DNA of 64,000 nucleotides from assembly GCA_036172245.1 (NCBI GenBank), contig JAYWIR010000125.1, positions 1-64,000 on the forward strand, written 5' to 3'. A program made the position numbers and the translations under genes. The notes under the pieces were generated by a model, which made no database searches, was not told where the DNA came from, and saw only the letters and a program-made list of their open reading frames with translations. This document shows, one piece after another, positions 27,701 to 41,494 of this stretch. How positions within the stretch are numbered: position 1 is the stretch's first letter; every line of letters begins with the position of its first letter. This DNA is from Raillietiella orientalis (Eukaryota).

Positions 27701-29865
27701 TTGAAATATTATTCATTGTCAAGGAAACCAATGTTGCAATCCAAAGAGCCATGATTGAGATTAATTGTATTTCAGAAAATAACATATTTTCGCATGTGTT
27801 CGAAATCATGTTTACCATTGCAAAAAGCCTTGGTGTCTTACTTACATACAAGAAAATTGACGTTGCCGACAATGGAAAAGACGAAAAAGTTTTAATCAGA
27901 GGTTTCAAAACACATTTGAATATGGTGTGAAAAGTTAAAGACGGAGCGTCTGAAGATGCCAGAAGAGGATATAGAAGCTTCGTTTGGTTTGCTGTTCTCA
28001 TGCGAGGCAGCTGTACGTACAACAGATTATACTACAAATTCAATCGGCATTAACAAACCGAGAATACGTTCTGTTGCGCAGCAAGCACTTGCAAGCAAAT
28101 CAACATTTCAACCTCTGCACACGCCTGACAACGGCGTTATACGAAGTTCGTTAAGATTAGCAGTGCTTATGGAAGGATAAAAAACAGCTTTGAAAATGCA
28201 TAGATGATCCTAATCCTAGGTGTGCGTATAGTGGTGAGCAAACAGAAGCACTTTCTGTTATGGATGAAAGGCATGAAGCAGACCATTGGAAAAGAATTCA
28301 CGACATTATTTTTAACAGGCATTGTAGATAGCAGCAAAATTGGCGAAGAAGTGGTTGCCGAATGGTCGTCGATACGAATTATGCAACTGGTACACTCATA
28401 TCAAAGAGTCGGTTTATACAGTTTCATATTTTAAAATCTCGTAACTCAATTCTGGTAGCAGGAATGGAATTCCGAGATCGGATCTCTTATGTCCAATCAT
28501 GTTGGCATCTAAGGTGTACACAATGGATCCAGTTGAAGACGATCAAAGAAGAGAGCAATGCTGCAATTTGTCGGAAACCTTTCCTCTTTCTTCATATTGT
28601 TAGTGACTTCTGACAGGGAATTTGATCTGCCGTGAAAATTGATATCTTTAGATGGCTTGGTTTGTTGTTGCAGGGTCAGCAAAATACGCGTTGCACAAAA
28701 GAGTATCCATTTGCATACTGCATACATTTTCTCCGTTAACATATGAATTGGAAAAAATAGTGTTGCAACATGTGGTCCCATAATAGCTTGCGAAAAAGTC
28801 AATAGTTTGAAATTTTATTCATTGTCAAGGAAACCAATGTTGCAATCCAAAGAGCCATGATTGAGATTTATTGTATTTCAGAAAACAACATATTTTCGCA
28901 TGTGTTCGAAATTATGTTTACCATTGCAAAAAGCCTTGGTGTCTTACTTACATACAAGAAAATTGACGTTGCCGACAATGGAAAAGACGGAAAAGTGGTA
29001 ATTAGAGGTTTCAAAGCACATTGGAATATGGTGTGAAAAGTTAAAGACGGAGCGTCTGAAGATGCCAGAAGAGGATATAGAAGCTTCGTTTGGTTTGCTG
29101 TTCTCATGCGAAGCAGCTGTACGTACAACAGATTATACTACAAATTCAATCGGCATTAACAAACCGAGAATACGTTCTGTTGTGTAGCAAGCACTTGCAA
29201 GCAAATCAAAATTTCAACCTCTGCACACGCATGACAACCGCGTTATACGAAGTTCGTTAAGATTAGCAGTGCTTATGGAAGGATAAAAAAACAGCTTTGA
29301 AAATACATAGATGATCCTAATTCTAGGTGTGCGTATAGTGGTGTGGAAACAGAAGCACTTTCTGTTATGGATGAAAGGCATGAAGCAGACCATTAGAAAA
29401 GACTTCACGACATTATTTTTAAAAGGCATTGTAGATAGCACCAAAATTGGCGAAGAAGTGGTTGCCGAATGGTCGTCGATACGAAATATGCAACTGGTAC
29501 ACTCATGTCAAAGAGTCGGTTTTTACAGTTTCATATTTTGAAATCTCGTGACTCAATTCGGGCAGCAAGAATGGAATTCTGAGATCGGATCTCTTATGTC
29601 TAATCATGTTGGCATCTAAGGTGTACACAATGGATCCAGTTCAAGACGATCAAAGAAGAGAGCAATGCTGCAGTTTGTCGGAAACCTTTCCTCTTTCTTC
29701 ATATTGTTAGTGACTTCTGCGGGGAATTTGATCTGCCGTAAAAATTGATATCTTTAGATGGCTTGGTTTGTTGTTGCAGGGTCAGCAAAATACGCTTTGC
29801 ACAAAAGAGTATCCATCTTCATACTGCATACAGTTTCTCCGTTAACATGTGAATTGGAAAAAATA
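18798..29865. repeat. HOR cycle 1 (10 monomers: E, B', D1, D2, J, A, G, A, K, A)
   Basis: The ordered series of diagnostic variants recurs downstream: E (ATTTATCTAAAGCATTATAGGTAGTACC ~19453), D1 (~21564), J (CTCTGAAAATGCATGG ~23765), G (CATGATGGAG ~26061), K (GTGGTGAGCA ~28231). Confidence 0.8.
21010..23240. repeat. Strongly diverged monomer pair D1-D2, copy 1
   Basis: Diagnostic strings GAGGCTAATCCTAAGTGGGCGTTTAGTGG, GCACCTAAGCACTTGAAAACGG and GATTTGAAATATTGTTCCCGTAG. About 21/60 and 16/60 mismatches to the common types over 22261-22380. Confidence 0.9.
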
Positions 29866-31554
29866 GTGTTGCAACATGTGGTCTCATGATAGCTTGCGAA
29901 AAAGTCAATAGTTTGAAATTTTATTCATTGTGAAGGAAACCAATGTTGCAATCCAAAGAGCCATGATTGAGATTAATTGTATTTCAGAAAATAACATATT
30001 TTCGCATGTGTTCAAAATTATGTTTACCATTGCAAAAAGCCTTGGTGTCTTACTTACATAGAAGAAAATCGACGTTGCCGACAATGGAAAAGACGAAAAA
30101 GTGGAAATCAGAAGTTTCGAAACACACTGGAATATGGTGTGAAAAGTTAAATGCGGAGCGTCTGAAGATGAAAGAAGAAGATATAGAAGCATCGTTTGGG
30201 TTGCAGTTCTCATGCGAAGCAGCTCTACATACAACAGATTATACTATAAATTCAATCGGCATTAACAAACCGAGAATACGTTCTGTTGTGCAGCAAGAAC
30301 TTGCAAGGAAATCAACATTTCAACCTCTGCACACGCATGACAACCGCGTTCTACGAAGTTCGTTGAAATTAGCAGTGCTTAAGGAAGGATAAAACAACAG
30401 GTATGGATATGCATAGATGATCCGAATCCTAGGTGTGCGCATAGTGGTGTGGAAACAAAAGAAATTTCTGTTATGGATAAAAGGCAAGAAGCGTACCATT
30501 ATTAAAGAAATCAAGACATCATTTATCTAAAGCATTATAGGTAGTACCAAAATTGGCGAAGCATTGGTTGCCGAATGGTTGTCGATACGAAATATGCAAC
30601 TGGTACATTCATGTGGAAGAGACGCTTCTTACAGTTCCATAGTTTTGAAATCTCGTAACTGAATTCTTTTGGCAAGAATGGAATTCTGAGATCATTTCTC
30701 TTATGTCTAATCACGTTGGCATCAAAACTGTACACAATGGATTCAGTTGAAGATGATCAAAGAAGAGAGCTATGCTGCAATTTGGCGGAAACCTTTCCTC
30801 TTCCTTCATATTGTTAGTGACTTCTGCAGGGAATTTGATCTGCCGTGAAAATTGATATCCTTAGATGGCTTGGTTTGTTGTTGCAGGGTCAGCAAAATAC
30901 GCGTTCCACAATAGAGTATCCATCTGCATACTGCATACATTTTCTCCGTTAACATGTGAATTGGAAAAAATAGTGTTGCAACATGTGGTCTCATGATAGC
31001 TTGCGAAAAAGTCAATAGTTTGAAATTTTATTCATAGTCAAGGAAACCAATGTTGCAATCCAAAGAGCCATGATTGAGATTAATTGTATTTCAGAAAATA
31101 ACATATTTTCGCATGTGTTCAAAATCATGTTTACCATTGCAAAAAGCCTTGGTGTCTTACTTACATACAAGAAAATTGACGTTGCCGACAATGGAAAAGA
31201 CGAAAAAGTGCTAATCAGAGGTTTCAAAACACATTGGAATATGGTGTGAAAAGTTAAAGACGGAGCGTCTGAAGATGCCAGAAGAGGATATAGAAGCTTC
31301 GTTTGGTTTGCTGTTCTCATGCGAAGAGGCTGTACATACAACAGATTATACTATAAATTCAATCGGCTTTAACAAACCGAGAGTACGTTCTGTTGTGTAG
31401 CAAGCAGTTGCAAGCAAATCAACATTTAAGCTTCTGCAAACGCATGACAACCGCGTTCTACGAAGTTCGTTGAGATTATCAGTGCTTAAGGAAGGATAAA
31501 ACAACAGGTATGGATATGCATAGATGATCCTAATCCTAGGTGTGCGCACAGTGG

Positions 31555-31820
31555 TAAAACAAAAGTGAATTTCAGCCATGATAAAACATGAAGCGGACCA
31601 TTACAAAAGAAATCAAGACATTATTTATGAAAGGCATTAGAGATAGCACCAAAATTGGCGAAGCAGTGGCTGCTGAATGGTCATTGATACGAAATATGCA
31701 ACTGAAAATACCGCACAAAGAGTTTATTCTTGCTCATTTTGAAATCTCGTAACAGAATCTCAGGTAGCAAGAGTGAAATCTGAGATCGGACTTTATGTCT
31801 AATCATGTTTTCAACTACGG
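31555..31820. other. Indel-rich corrupted tract, probable sequencing/consensus error
   Basis: Many private 1-4 bp indels and scrambled bases compared with the clean sister monomer at ~42075-42360. Confidence 0.65.
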
Positions 31821-33162
31821 TGTGCACAATGGATCCAGTTGAAGACGATCAAAGAAGAGAGCAATGCTGTAATTTGACGGAAACCTTTCCTCTTTCTTCA
31901 TATTGTTAGTGACTTCTGCAGGGAATTTGATCTGCCGTGAAAATTGATATCTTTAGATGGCTTGGTTTGTTGTTGCAGGGTCAGCAAAATACGCGTTCCA
32001 CAATAGAGTATCCATCTTCATACTGCATACATTTTCTCCGTTAACATGTGAATTGGAAAAAATAGTGTTGCAACATGTGGTCTCATGATAGCTTGCGAAA
32101 AAGTCAATAGTTTGAAGTGTTATTCATTGTCAAGGAAACCAATGTTGCAATCCAAGGACTCATCATTGAGGTTAACCGTATATCAGAAACGAAGAATATT
32201 TTCGCGTGTGTTCCAAATTATGTTTACCTCTGCAAAAAGCCTTGTGTGTCTTACTTACATACAAGAAAATCGACGTTGCCCACAATGGAAAAGACGAAAA
32301 AGTGGAAATCAGAGGATTCGAAACACATTGGAATATGGTGTGAAAAGTTAAATTCGGAGCGTCTGAAGATGCCAGAAGAGGATATAGAAGCTTCGTTTTG
32401 TTTGCTGTTCTCATGCGAAGCAGCTGTACATACAACAGATTATACTAAAAATTCAATCGGCATTAACAAACCGAGAATACGTTCTGTTGTGTAGCAAGCA
32501 CCTGCAAGCAAATAAACATTTCAACTTCTGCAAACGCATGAAAACCGCGTTCTACGAAGTTCGTTGAGATTAGCAGTGCTGAAGAAAGGATAATACAACA
32601 GGTATAGATATGCAAAGATGATCCTAATCCTAGGTGTGCTCATAGTGGTGTGCAAACAAAAGGAATTTCTGTTATGGATAAAAGACATGAAGCGGACCAT
32701 TGAAAAAGAAATGAAGACATCATTTATAAAAAGCATTACAGATAGCACCAAAATTGGCGAGGCAGTGGTTGCCGAATGGTCGTCGATACGAAATATGCAA
32801 CTGGTACACTCATGTCAAAGACGTTTCGCTACTTCATATTTTAAATTCAGTAACTGAATTTCAGAAGAATGGAATTCTTAGATCGGATCTCTTATGTGTA
32901 ATCATGTTGGCATCTTAGGTGTACACAATGGATACAGTTGAAGACGATCAAAGAAGAGAGCAATGCAGTAATTTGACGGAAACCTTTCCTCTTCCTTCAT
33001 ATTGTTAGTGACTTCTATACGGAATTTGATCTTTCGTGAAAATTGATATCTTTAGATTGCTTGGTTTGTTTTTGCAGGGTCAGCAAAATACGCGTTGCAC
33101 AAAACAGTATCCATCTGCATACTGCATACATTTTCTCCGTTAACATGTGAATTGGAAAAAAT

Positions 33163-35760
33163 AGGGTTCAAACATGTAGTCTATTGATACCTTGCGAAAA
33201 AATCAAGAGTTTGAAATTTTATTCATCGTCAAGGAAACCAATGTTGCAATCCAAAGACCCATCATTGAGGTTGACCGTATTTCAGAAACGAAAGATATTT
33301 TCGCATGTGTTCCAAATTATGTTTACCACAGCAAAAAGCCTTGTGTGTCTTACTTACATACAAGAAAATCGACGTTGCCGACAATGGAAAAGACGAAAAT
33401 GTTGAAATCAGAGGTTTCGAAACACATTGGAATATGGTATAAAAAGTTAAAGACGGAGCGTCTGAAGATGCCAGAAGAGGATATAGAAGCTTCGTCTCGT
33501 TTGGTTTTCTTATGAAAAGCCGCTGCACTCACAACAGATTGAATTATAAATTCAATCGGTATTAAACAACGTAGAATACGTTGAGTTGTTTAGCAAAAAC
33601 TTGCAAGCAAATTACCATTTCAAAATCTCCACACATATCGCAACCGCGTTATACGAAGTTTGCCAAGTTCAGCAGTGCTTATGGAAGGATAAAACAACAG
33701 GTTTGGAAATGCATAGATGAGGCTAATCCTAAGTGGGCGTTTAGTGGTGTGCAAACAAAAGCACTTTCCGTTATGGATAAAAGACATGAAGCAGAGCATT
33801 ACAAAAAAAATCTTCACATCATTTATGAAAATAATTATAGATACGACCAAAATTGGCGAAGCATTGGTCGCCGAATGGACGTCGATACCAAATATGCAAC
33901 TGGTGCACTCAGCGCAAAGAGACGCTTGTTACAATTTCATACTGTTGAAATTTCGAAACTGAATTGTCGTAGCAAGGATGGAATTCTAAGAAGAGACCTC
34001 TTATGTCTAATCACGTAGGCACCTAAGCACTTGAAAACGGATTCAGTTCAAGATGATCAAAGGAGGGAGCAATGCTGCAAACCGTATAAAACCATTCCTC
34101 TTCCTACATATTGTTAGTGACCTCTGCGCGTAATTTGTTCTGTCGAAGAAATTGAGATCTTTAGTTGGCTTGGTTTCTTCTTGCAGGCTCAACAAAATGC
34201 GCGTTGCTCGAAAGAATATCCATTTGCATACTGCATACAGTTTCTCTGTAAGAATGTGAACTAAAAACAACAGCGTTTAAAAAGTTGGTCTTCAGATTGC
34301 TTGCGAAGAAATGAATAGTTTGAAATTTTATTTATTGTCAAGGAAACCAATGTTGCAGACGGAAGACCAATCATTGAGATTCATCGTATTTCAGAAAAAA
34401 AAGATACTTTTGCACGTGTTTCAAAATATGTTTGACATGGCAAAATGGATTTGAAATATTGTTCCCGTAGAAGAAGATCGCCGATTCCGACAATGGAATA
34501 GACAGGAAAGCGGAAAACTAAGATATTGAAAAATACTGGGAACGTTTCCAAAAGCTGTTTTAAACTGTCAGAAGAGGCCAGAAGAGGATACAAAAGGTTC
34601 GATACTTTTGCTGTTCTCATCGAAGCAGCTGTACATACAACAGATTATACTATAAATTCAATCGGCATTCACAAAACCGAGAATACGTTCTGTTATGTAG
34701 CAAGCACTTGCGTGATCAAATCAACATTTCAACCTCTCCACACATATCACAACCACGTTATGCGAAGTTTGCCAAGTTCAGCAGTGCTTACGGAAAGGAT
34801 GAAACAACAGGTTTGGAAATGCATAGATGAGGCTAATCCTAAGTGGGCGTTTAGTGGTGTGCGAACAAAAGCAATTTCTGTTATGGATGAAAGGCATGAA
34901 GCAGACCATTACAAAAGAAATCACGACATCATTAATGAAAAGCATTATATATACGACGAAAATTGGCGAAGCATTGGTTGCCGAATGGTCGTGGATACGA
35001 AATATGCAACTGGTAGATACATCTCAAAGTGACGCTTCTTACAGCTTCATACTTTCGAAATCTCGTAACTGAATTTTGGTAGCAAGAATGGAATTCTGGA
35101 GAACGGATCTCTTATGTCTAATCACGTTGCAATCCTAAGGTGCATACAATGGATTCAGTTGAAGAAGATCAAAGAGAGAGCAATGCTGCAAACCGTGGAA
35201 AACAATTCCTCTTCCTTCATATTGTTGATGATTTCTGCGCGGAATTTTATCTGTCGTGAAAACTCATATCTTTAGATGGCTTGGTTTCTTGTTGTAGGGT
35301 CAGCAAAATACGCGTTGCACAAAAGAGTATCCATCATCATACTGCATACATTTTCTCCGTATAAATGTGAAATGAAAACAATAGCGTTGCAACATGTGGT
35401 CTCTTGATACCTTGTGAAAAAATCAATAGTTTGAAATTTCATTCATTGTCAAGGAAACCAATGTTGCAGCCCAAAAAGCCATCATCGAGGTTAACCGCAA
35501 TTCAGAAGCGGAAGATATTTTCGCATGTGTTCCAAATTATATTCACCACTGCAAAAAGTCTTGTGCGTCTTATTTACATACAAGAAAACCGACGTTGCCG
35601 ACAATAGAAGAGGCGCGAAAGTAGAAATCGGAGGTTTGGAAACACATTGGAGTATGGTGTCATAAGTTAAAGACGGAGCGTCTAAAGAGGCCAGAAGAGG
35701 AAATGGAAGCTTCGTTTCGTTTGGTGTTCTCATGAAAAGCAGCTGCACACACAACGGATT
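33163..35760. repeat. Diverged D1-D2 pair, copy 2, followed by private F tract
   Basis: Same diagnostic strings at +12153. Region ~35190-35760 differs from the equivalent region in the other copies. Confidence 0.88.
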
Positions 35761-38700
35761 ATACTATAACTTCAATCGGCATTAACAAATCGAGAATACG
35801 TTCTGTTGTGTAGCAAGCACTTGCAAGCAAATCAACATTTCAACCTCTGCACACGCATGACAACCGCGTTATACGAAGTTCGTTAAGATCAGCAGTGCTT
35901 ATGGAAGGATAAAACAACAGCTCTGAAAATGCATGGATGATCCTAATCCTAGGTGTGCGTATAGTGGTGTGCAAACTGAAGCAATTTCTGTTATAAATGA
36001 AAGGCATGAAGCAGACCATTACGAAAGAATTCACGACATTATTTATGAAAAACATTGTAGATAGCACCAAAATTGGAGAAGCAGTGGTTGCCGAATGGTC
36101 GTCGGTACGAAATATGCAACTGGTACACTCATTTCAAAGAGTCGGTTTATACAGTTTCATATTTTGCAATCTCGTAACTCAATTCTGGTAGCAGGCATGG
36201 AATTCTGAGATTTGGATCCTTATGTCTAATCAAGTTGGCATCTACGGTGTACACAATGGATCCAGTTGAAGACGATCAAAGAAGAGAGCAATGCTGCAAT
36301 TTGTCGGAAACCTTTCCTCTTTCTTCATATTGTTAGTGACTTCTGCAGGGAATTTGATCTGCCGTGAAAATTGATATCTTTAGATGGCTTGGTTTGTTGT
36401 TGCAGGGTCAGCAAAATACGCGTTGCACAAAAGAGTATCCATTTGCATACTGCATACATTTTCTCCGTTAACATGTGAATTGAAAAAATAGTGTTGCAAC
36501 ATGTGGTCCCATGATAGCTTGCGAAAAAGTCAATAGTTTGAAATTTTATTCATTGTCAAGGAAACCAATGTTGCAATCCAAAGAGCCATGATTGAGATTA
36601 ATTGTATTTCAGAAAACAACATATTTTCGGATGTGTTCGAAATTATGTTTACTATTGCAAAAAGCCTTGGTGTCTTACTTACATACAAGAAAATTGACGT
36701 TGCCGACAATGGAAAAGACGAAAAAGTGGTAATTAGAGGTTTCAAAACACATTGGAATATGGTGTGAAAAGTTAAAGACGGAGCGTCTGAAGATGCCAGA
36801 AGAGGATATAGAAGCTTCGTTTGGTTTGCTGTTCTCATGCGAAGCAGCTGTACGTACAACAGATTATACTATAAATTTAATCGGCATTAACAAACCGAGA
36901 ATACGTTCTGTTGTGTAGCAAGCACTTGCAAGCAAATCAACATTTCAACCTCTGCACACGCATGACAACCGCGTTATACGAAGTTCGTTAAGATTAGCAG
37001 TACTTATGGAAGGATAAAAAAACAGCTTTGAAAATGCATAGATGATCCTAATCCTAGGTGTGCGTATAGTGGTGTGCAAACAGAAGCACTTTCTGTTATG
37101 GATGAAAGGCATGAAGCAGACCATTAGAAAAGAATTGAGGACATTATTTTTAAAAGGCATTGTAGATAGCACCAAAATTGGCGAAGAAGTGGTTGCCGAA
37201 TGGTCGTCGATACGAAATATGCAACTGGTACACTCATGTCAAAGAGTCGGTTTTTACAGTTTCATATTTTCAAATCTCGTAACTCAATTCTGGTAGCAAG
37301 AATGGAATTCTGAGATCGGATCTCTTATGTCTAATCATGTTGGCATCTAAGTTGCACACAATGGATCCAGTTGAAGACGATCAAAGAAGAGAGCAATGCT
37401 GCAATTTGTAGGAAACCTTTCCTCTTTCTTCATATTGTTAGTGACTTCTGCAGGGAATTTGATCTGCCGTGAATATTGATATCTTTAGATGGCTTGGTTT
37501 GTTGTTGCAGGGTCAGCAAAATAAGCGTTCCACAATAGAGTATCCATCTTCATACTGCATACATTTTCTCCGTTAACATGTGAATTGGAAAAAATAGTGT
37601 TGCAACATGTGGTCTCGTGATAGCTTGCGAAAAAGTCAATAGTTTGAAATTTTATTCATTGTCAAGGAAACCGATGTTGCAATCCATAGAGCCATGATTG
37701 AGATTAATTGTATTTCAGAAAATAACATATTTTCGCATGTGTTCAAAATTATGTTTACCATTGCAAAAAGCCTTGGTGTCTTACTTACATACAAGAAAAT
37801 TGACGTTGCCGACAATGGAAAAGACGAAAAAGTGGTAATCAGAGGTTTCAAAACACATTTGAATATGGTGTGAAAAGTTAAAGACGGAGCGTCTGAAGAT
37901 GCCAGAAGAGGATATAGAAGCTTCGTTTGGTTTGCTGGTCTCATGCGAAGCAGCTGTACGTACAACAGATTATACTATAAATTCAATCGGCATTAACAAA
38001 CCGAGAATACGTTCTGTTGTGTAGCAAGCACTTGCAAGCAAATCAACATTTCAACCTCTGCACACGCATGACAACCGCGTTATACGAAGTTCGTTAAGAT
38101 TAGCAGTGCTTATGGAAGGATAAAAAAACAGCTTTGAAAATGCATAGATGATTCTAATCCTAGGTGTGCGTATAGTGGTGTGGAAACAGAAGCACTTTCT
38201 GTTATGGATGAAAGACATGATGGAGACCATTACAAAAGAATTCACGACATTATTTATGAAAGGCATTGTAGATAGCACCAAAATTGGAGAAGCAGTGGTT
38301 GCCGAATGGTCGTGGATACGAAATATGCAACTGGTACACTCATGTCAAAGTGTCGGTTCTTACAGTTTCATATTTTGAAATCTCGCAACTGAATTATGGT
38401 AGCAAGAATGGAATTCTGAGATCGGATCTCTTATGTCTAATCAGGTTGGCATCTAAGGTGTACACAATGGATCCAATTGAAGACGATCAAACAAGAGAGC
38501 AATGCTGCAATTTGTCGGAAACCTTTCCTCTTTCTTCATATTGTTAGTGACCTCTGCAAGGAATTTGATCTGCCGTGAAAATTGATATCTTTAGATGGCT
38601 TGGTTTGTTGTTGCAGGGTCAGCAAAATACGCGTTGCACAAAAGAGTATCCATTTGCATACTGCATACATTTTCTCCGTTAACATGTGAATTGGAAAAAA

Positions 38701-39808
38701 TAGTGTTGCAGCATGTGGTCTCATGATAGCTTCCGAAAAAGTCAATAGTTTGAAATTTTATTCATTGTCAAGGAAACCAATGTTGCAATCCAAAGAGCCA
38801 TGATTGAGATTAATTGTATTTCAGAAAATAACATATTTTCGCATATGTTCAAAATTATGTTTACCATTGCAAAAAGCCTTGGTGTCTTACTTACATACAA
38901 GAAAATTGACGTTGCCGACAATGGAAAAGACAAAAAAGTGGTAATCAGAGGTTTCAAAACACATTTGAATATGGTGTGAAAAGTTAAAGACGGAGCGTCT
39001 GAAGATGCCAGAAGAGGATATAGAAGCTTCGTTTGGTTTGCTGTTCTCATGCGAAGCAGCTGTACGTACAACAGATTATACTATAAATTCAATCGGCATT
39101 AACAAACTGAGAATACGTTCTGTTGTGTAGCAAGCACTTGCAAGCAAATCAACATTTCAACCTCTGCACACGCATGACAACCGCGTTATACGAAGTTCGT
39201 TAAGATTAGCAGTGCTTATGGAAGGATAAAAAAGCAGCTTTCAAAATGCATAGATGATCCTAATCCTAGGTGTGCGTATAGTGGTGTGCAAACAGGAGCA
39301 CTTTCTGTTATGGATGAAAGGCATGAAGCAGACCATTAGAAAAGAATTCACGACATTATTTTTAAAAGGCATTGTAGATAGCACCAAAATTGGCTAAGAA
39401 GTGGTTGCCGAATGGTCGTCGATACGAAATATGCAACTGGTACACTCATGTCAAAGAGTCGGTTTTTACAGTTTCATATTTTCAAATCTCGTAACTCAAT
39501 TCTGGTAGCAAGAATGGAATTCTGAGATCGGATCTCTTATGTCTAATCATGTTGGCATCTAAGGTGTACACAATGGATCCAGTTGAAGACGATCAAAGAA
39601 GAGAGCAATGCTGTAATTTGACGGAAACGTTTCCTCTTCCTTCATATTGTTAGTGAATTCTGCAGGGAATTTGATCTGCCGTGAAAATTGATATCTTTAG
39701 ATGGCTTGGTTTGTTGTTGCAGGGTCAGCAAAATACGCGTTGCTCAAAAGAGTATCCATCTGCATACTGCATACATTTTCTCCGTTAAGATGTGAATTGG
39801 AAAAAATA

Positions 39809-41494
39809 GTGTTGCAACATGAATAGTAATAATAGCTTATGAAAAAGTGGGTTTTTTGAAATTTTATTCATTGTCAAGGAAACCAATGTTGCAATCCAAA
39901 GAGCCATGATTGAGATTAATTGTATTTCAGAAAATAACATATTTTCGCATATGTTCAAAATTATATTTACCATTGCAAAAAGCCTTGGTGTCTTACTTAC
40001 ATACAGAAAAATTGACGTTGCCGACAATGGAAAAAACGAAAAAGTGGTAATCAGAGGTTTCAAAACACATTTGAATATGGTGTGAAAATTTAAAGACGAA
40101 GCGTCTGAAGATGCCAGAAGAGGATATAGAAGCTTCGTTTGGTTTGCTGTTCTCATGCGAAGCAGCTGTACATACAACAGGTTATACTATAAATACAATC
40201 GGCATTAACAAACCGAGAATATGCTGTTCGGCGTTGTGTAGCAAGCACTTGCAAGCAAATCAACATTTGAACCTCTGCACACGCATGACAACCGCGTTAT
40301 ACGAAGTTCGTTAAGATTAGCAGTGCTTATGGAAGGATAAAAAAGCAGCTTTGAAAATGCATAGATGATCCTAATCCTAGGTGTGCGTATAGTGGTGAGC
40401 AAACAGAAGCACTTTCTGTTATGGATGAAAGGCATGAAGCAGACCATTGGAAAAGAATTCACGACATTATTTTTAACAGGCATTGTAGATAGCAGCAAAA
40501 TTGGCGAAGAAGTGGTTGCCGAATGGTCGTCGATACGAATTATGCAACTGGTACACTCATATCAAAGAGTCGGTTTATACAGTTTCATATTTTAAAATCT
40601 CGTAACTCAATTCTGGTAGCAGGAATGGAATTCCGAGATCGGATCTCTTATGTCCAATCATGTTGGCATCTAAGGTGTACACAATGGATCCAGTTGAAGA
40701 CGATCAAGAAGCTTCGTTTGGTTTGCTGTTCTCATGCGAAGCAGCTGTACGTACAACAGATTATTCTATAAATTCAATCGGCATTAACAAACCGAGAATA
40801 CGTTCTGTTGTGCAGCAAGCACTTGCAAGCAAACCAACATTTCAACCTCTGCACACGCATGACAACCGCGTTCTACGAAGTTCGTTGAAATTAGCAGTGC
40901 TTAAGGAAGAATAAAACAACAGGTATGGATATGCATAGATGATCCGAATCCTAGGTGTGCGCATAGTGGTGTGGAAACAAAAGAAATTTCTGTTATGGAT
41001 AAAAGGCAAGAAGCGTACCATTATTAAAGAAATCAAGACATCATTTATCTAAAGCATTATAGGTAGTACCAAAATTGGCGAAGCATTGGTTGCCGAATGG
41101 TTGTCGATACGAAATATGCAACTGGTACATTCATGTGGAAGAGACGCTTCTTACAGTTCCATAGTTTTGAAATCTCGTAACTGAATTCTTTTGGCAAGAA
41201 TGGAATTCTGAGATCATTTCTCTTATGTCTAATCACGTTGGCATCAAAACTGTACACAATGGATGCAGTTGAAGATGATCAAAGAAGAGAGCTATGCTGC
41301 AATTTGGCGGAAACCTTTCCTCTTCCTTCATATTGTTAGTGACTTCTGCAGGGAATTTGATCTGCCGTGAAAATTGATATCCTTAGATGGCTTGGTTTGT
41401 TGTTGCAGGGTCAGCAAAATACGCGTTCCACAATAGAGTATCCATCTGCATACTGCATACATTTTCTCCGTTAACATGTGAATTGGAAAAAATA
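39809..41494. repeat. Fused ~1.5-mer (1686 bp) created by an out-of-register junction at ~40707
   Basis: GTTGAAGACGATCA|AGAAGCTTCGTTTGG joins monomer position ~893 to position ~320. Marker spacing here is ~574 bp instead of ~1106. Confidence 0.92.

Larger units (their letters stand above)
29866..40706. repeat. HOR cycle 2 (E, B', H, D1, D2, F/J, A, G, A, K-truncated)
   Basis: E ~30521, H (GTTTGAAGTGTTATTC ~32110), D1 ~33717, J ~35921, G ~38216, K ~40392. Ends at the out-of-register junction. Confidence 0.8.
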
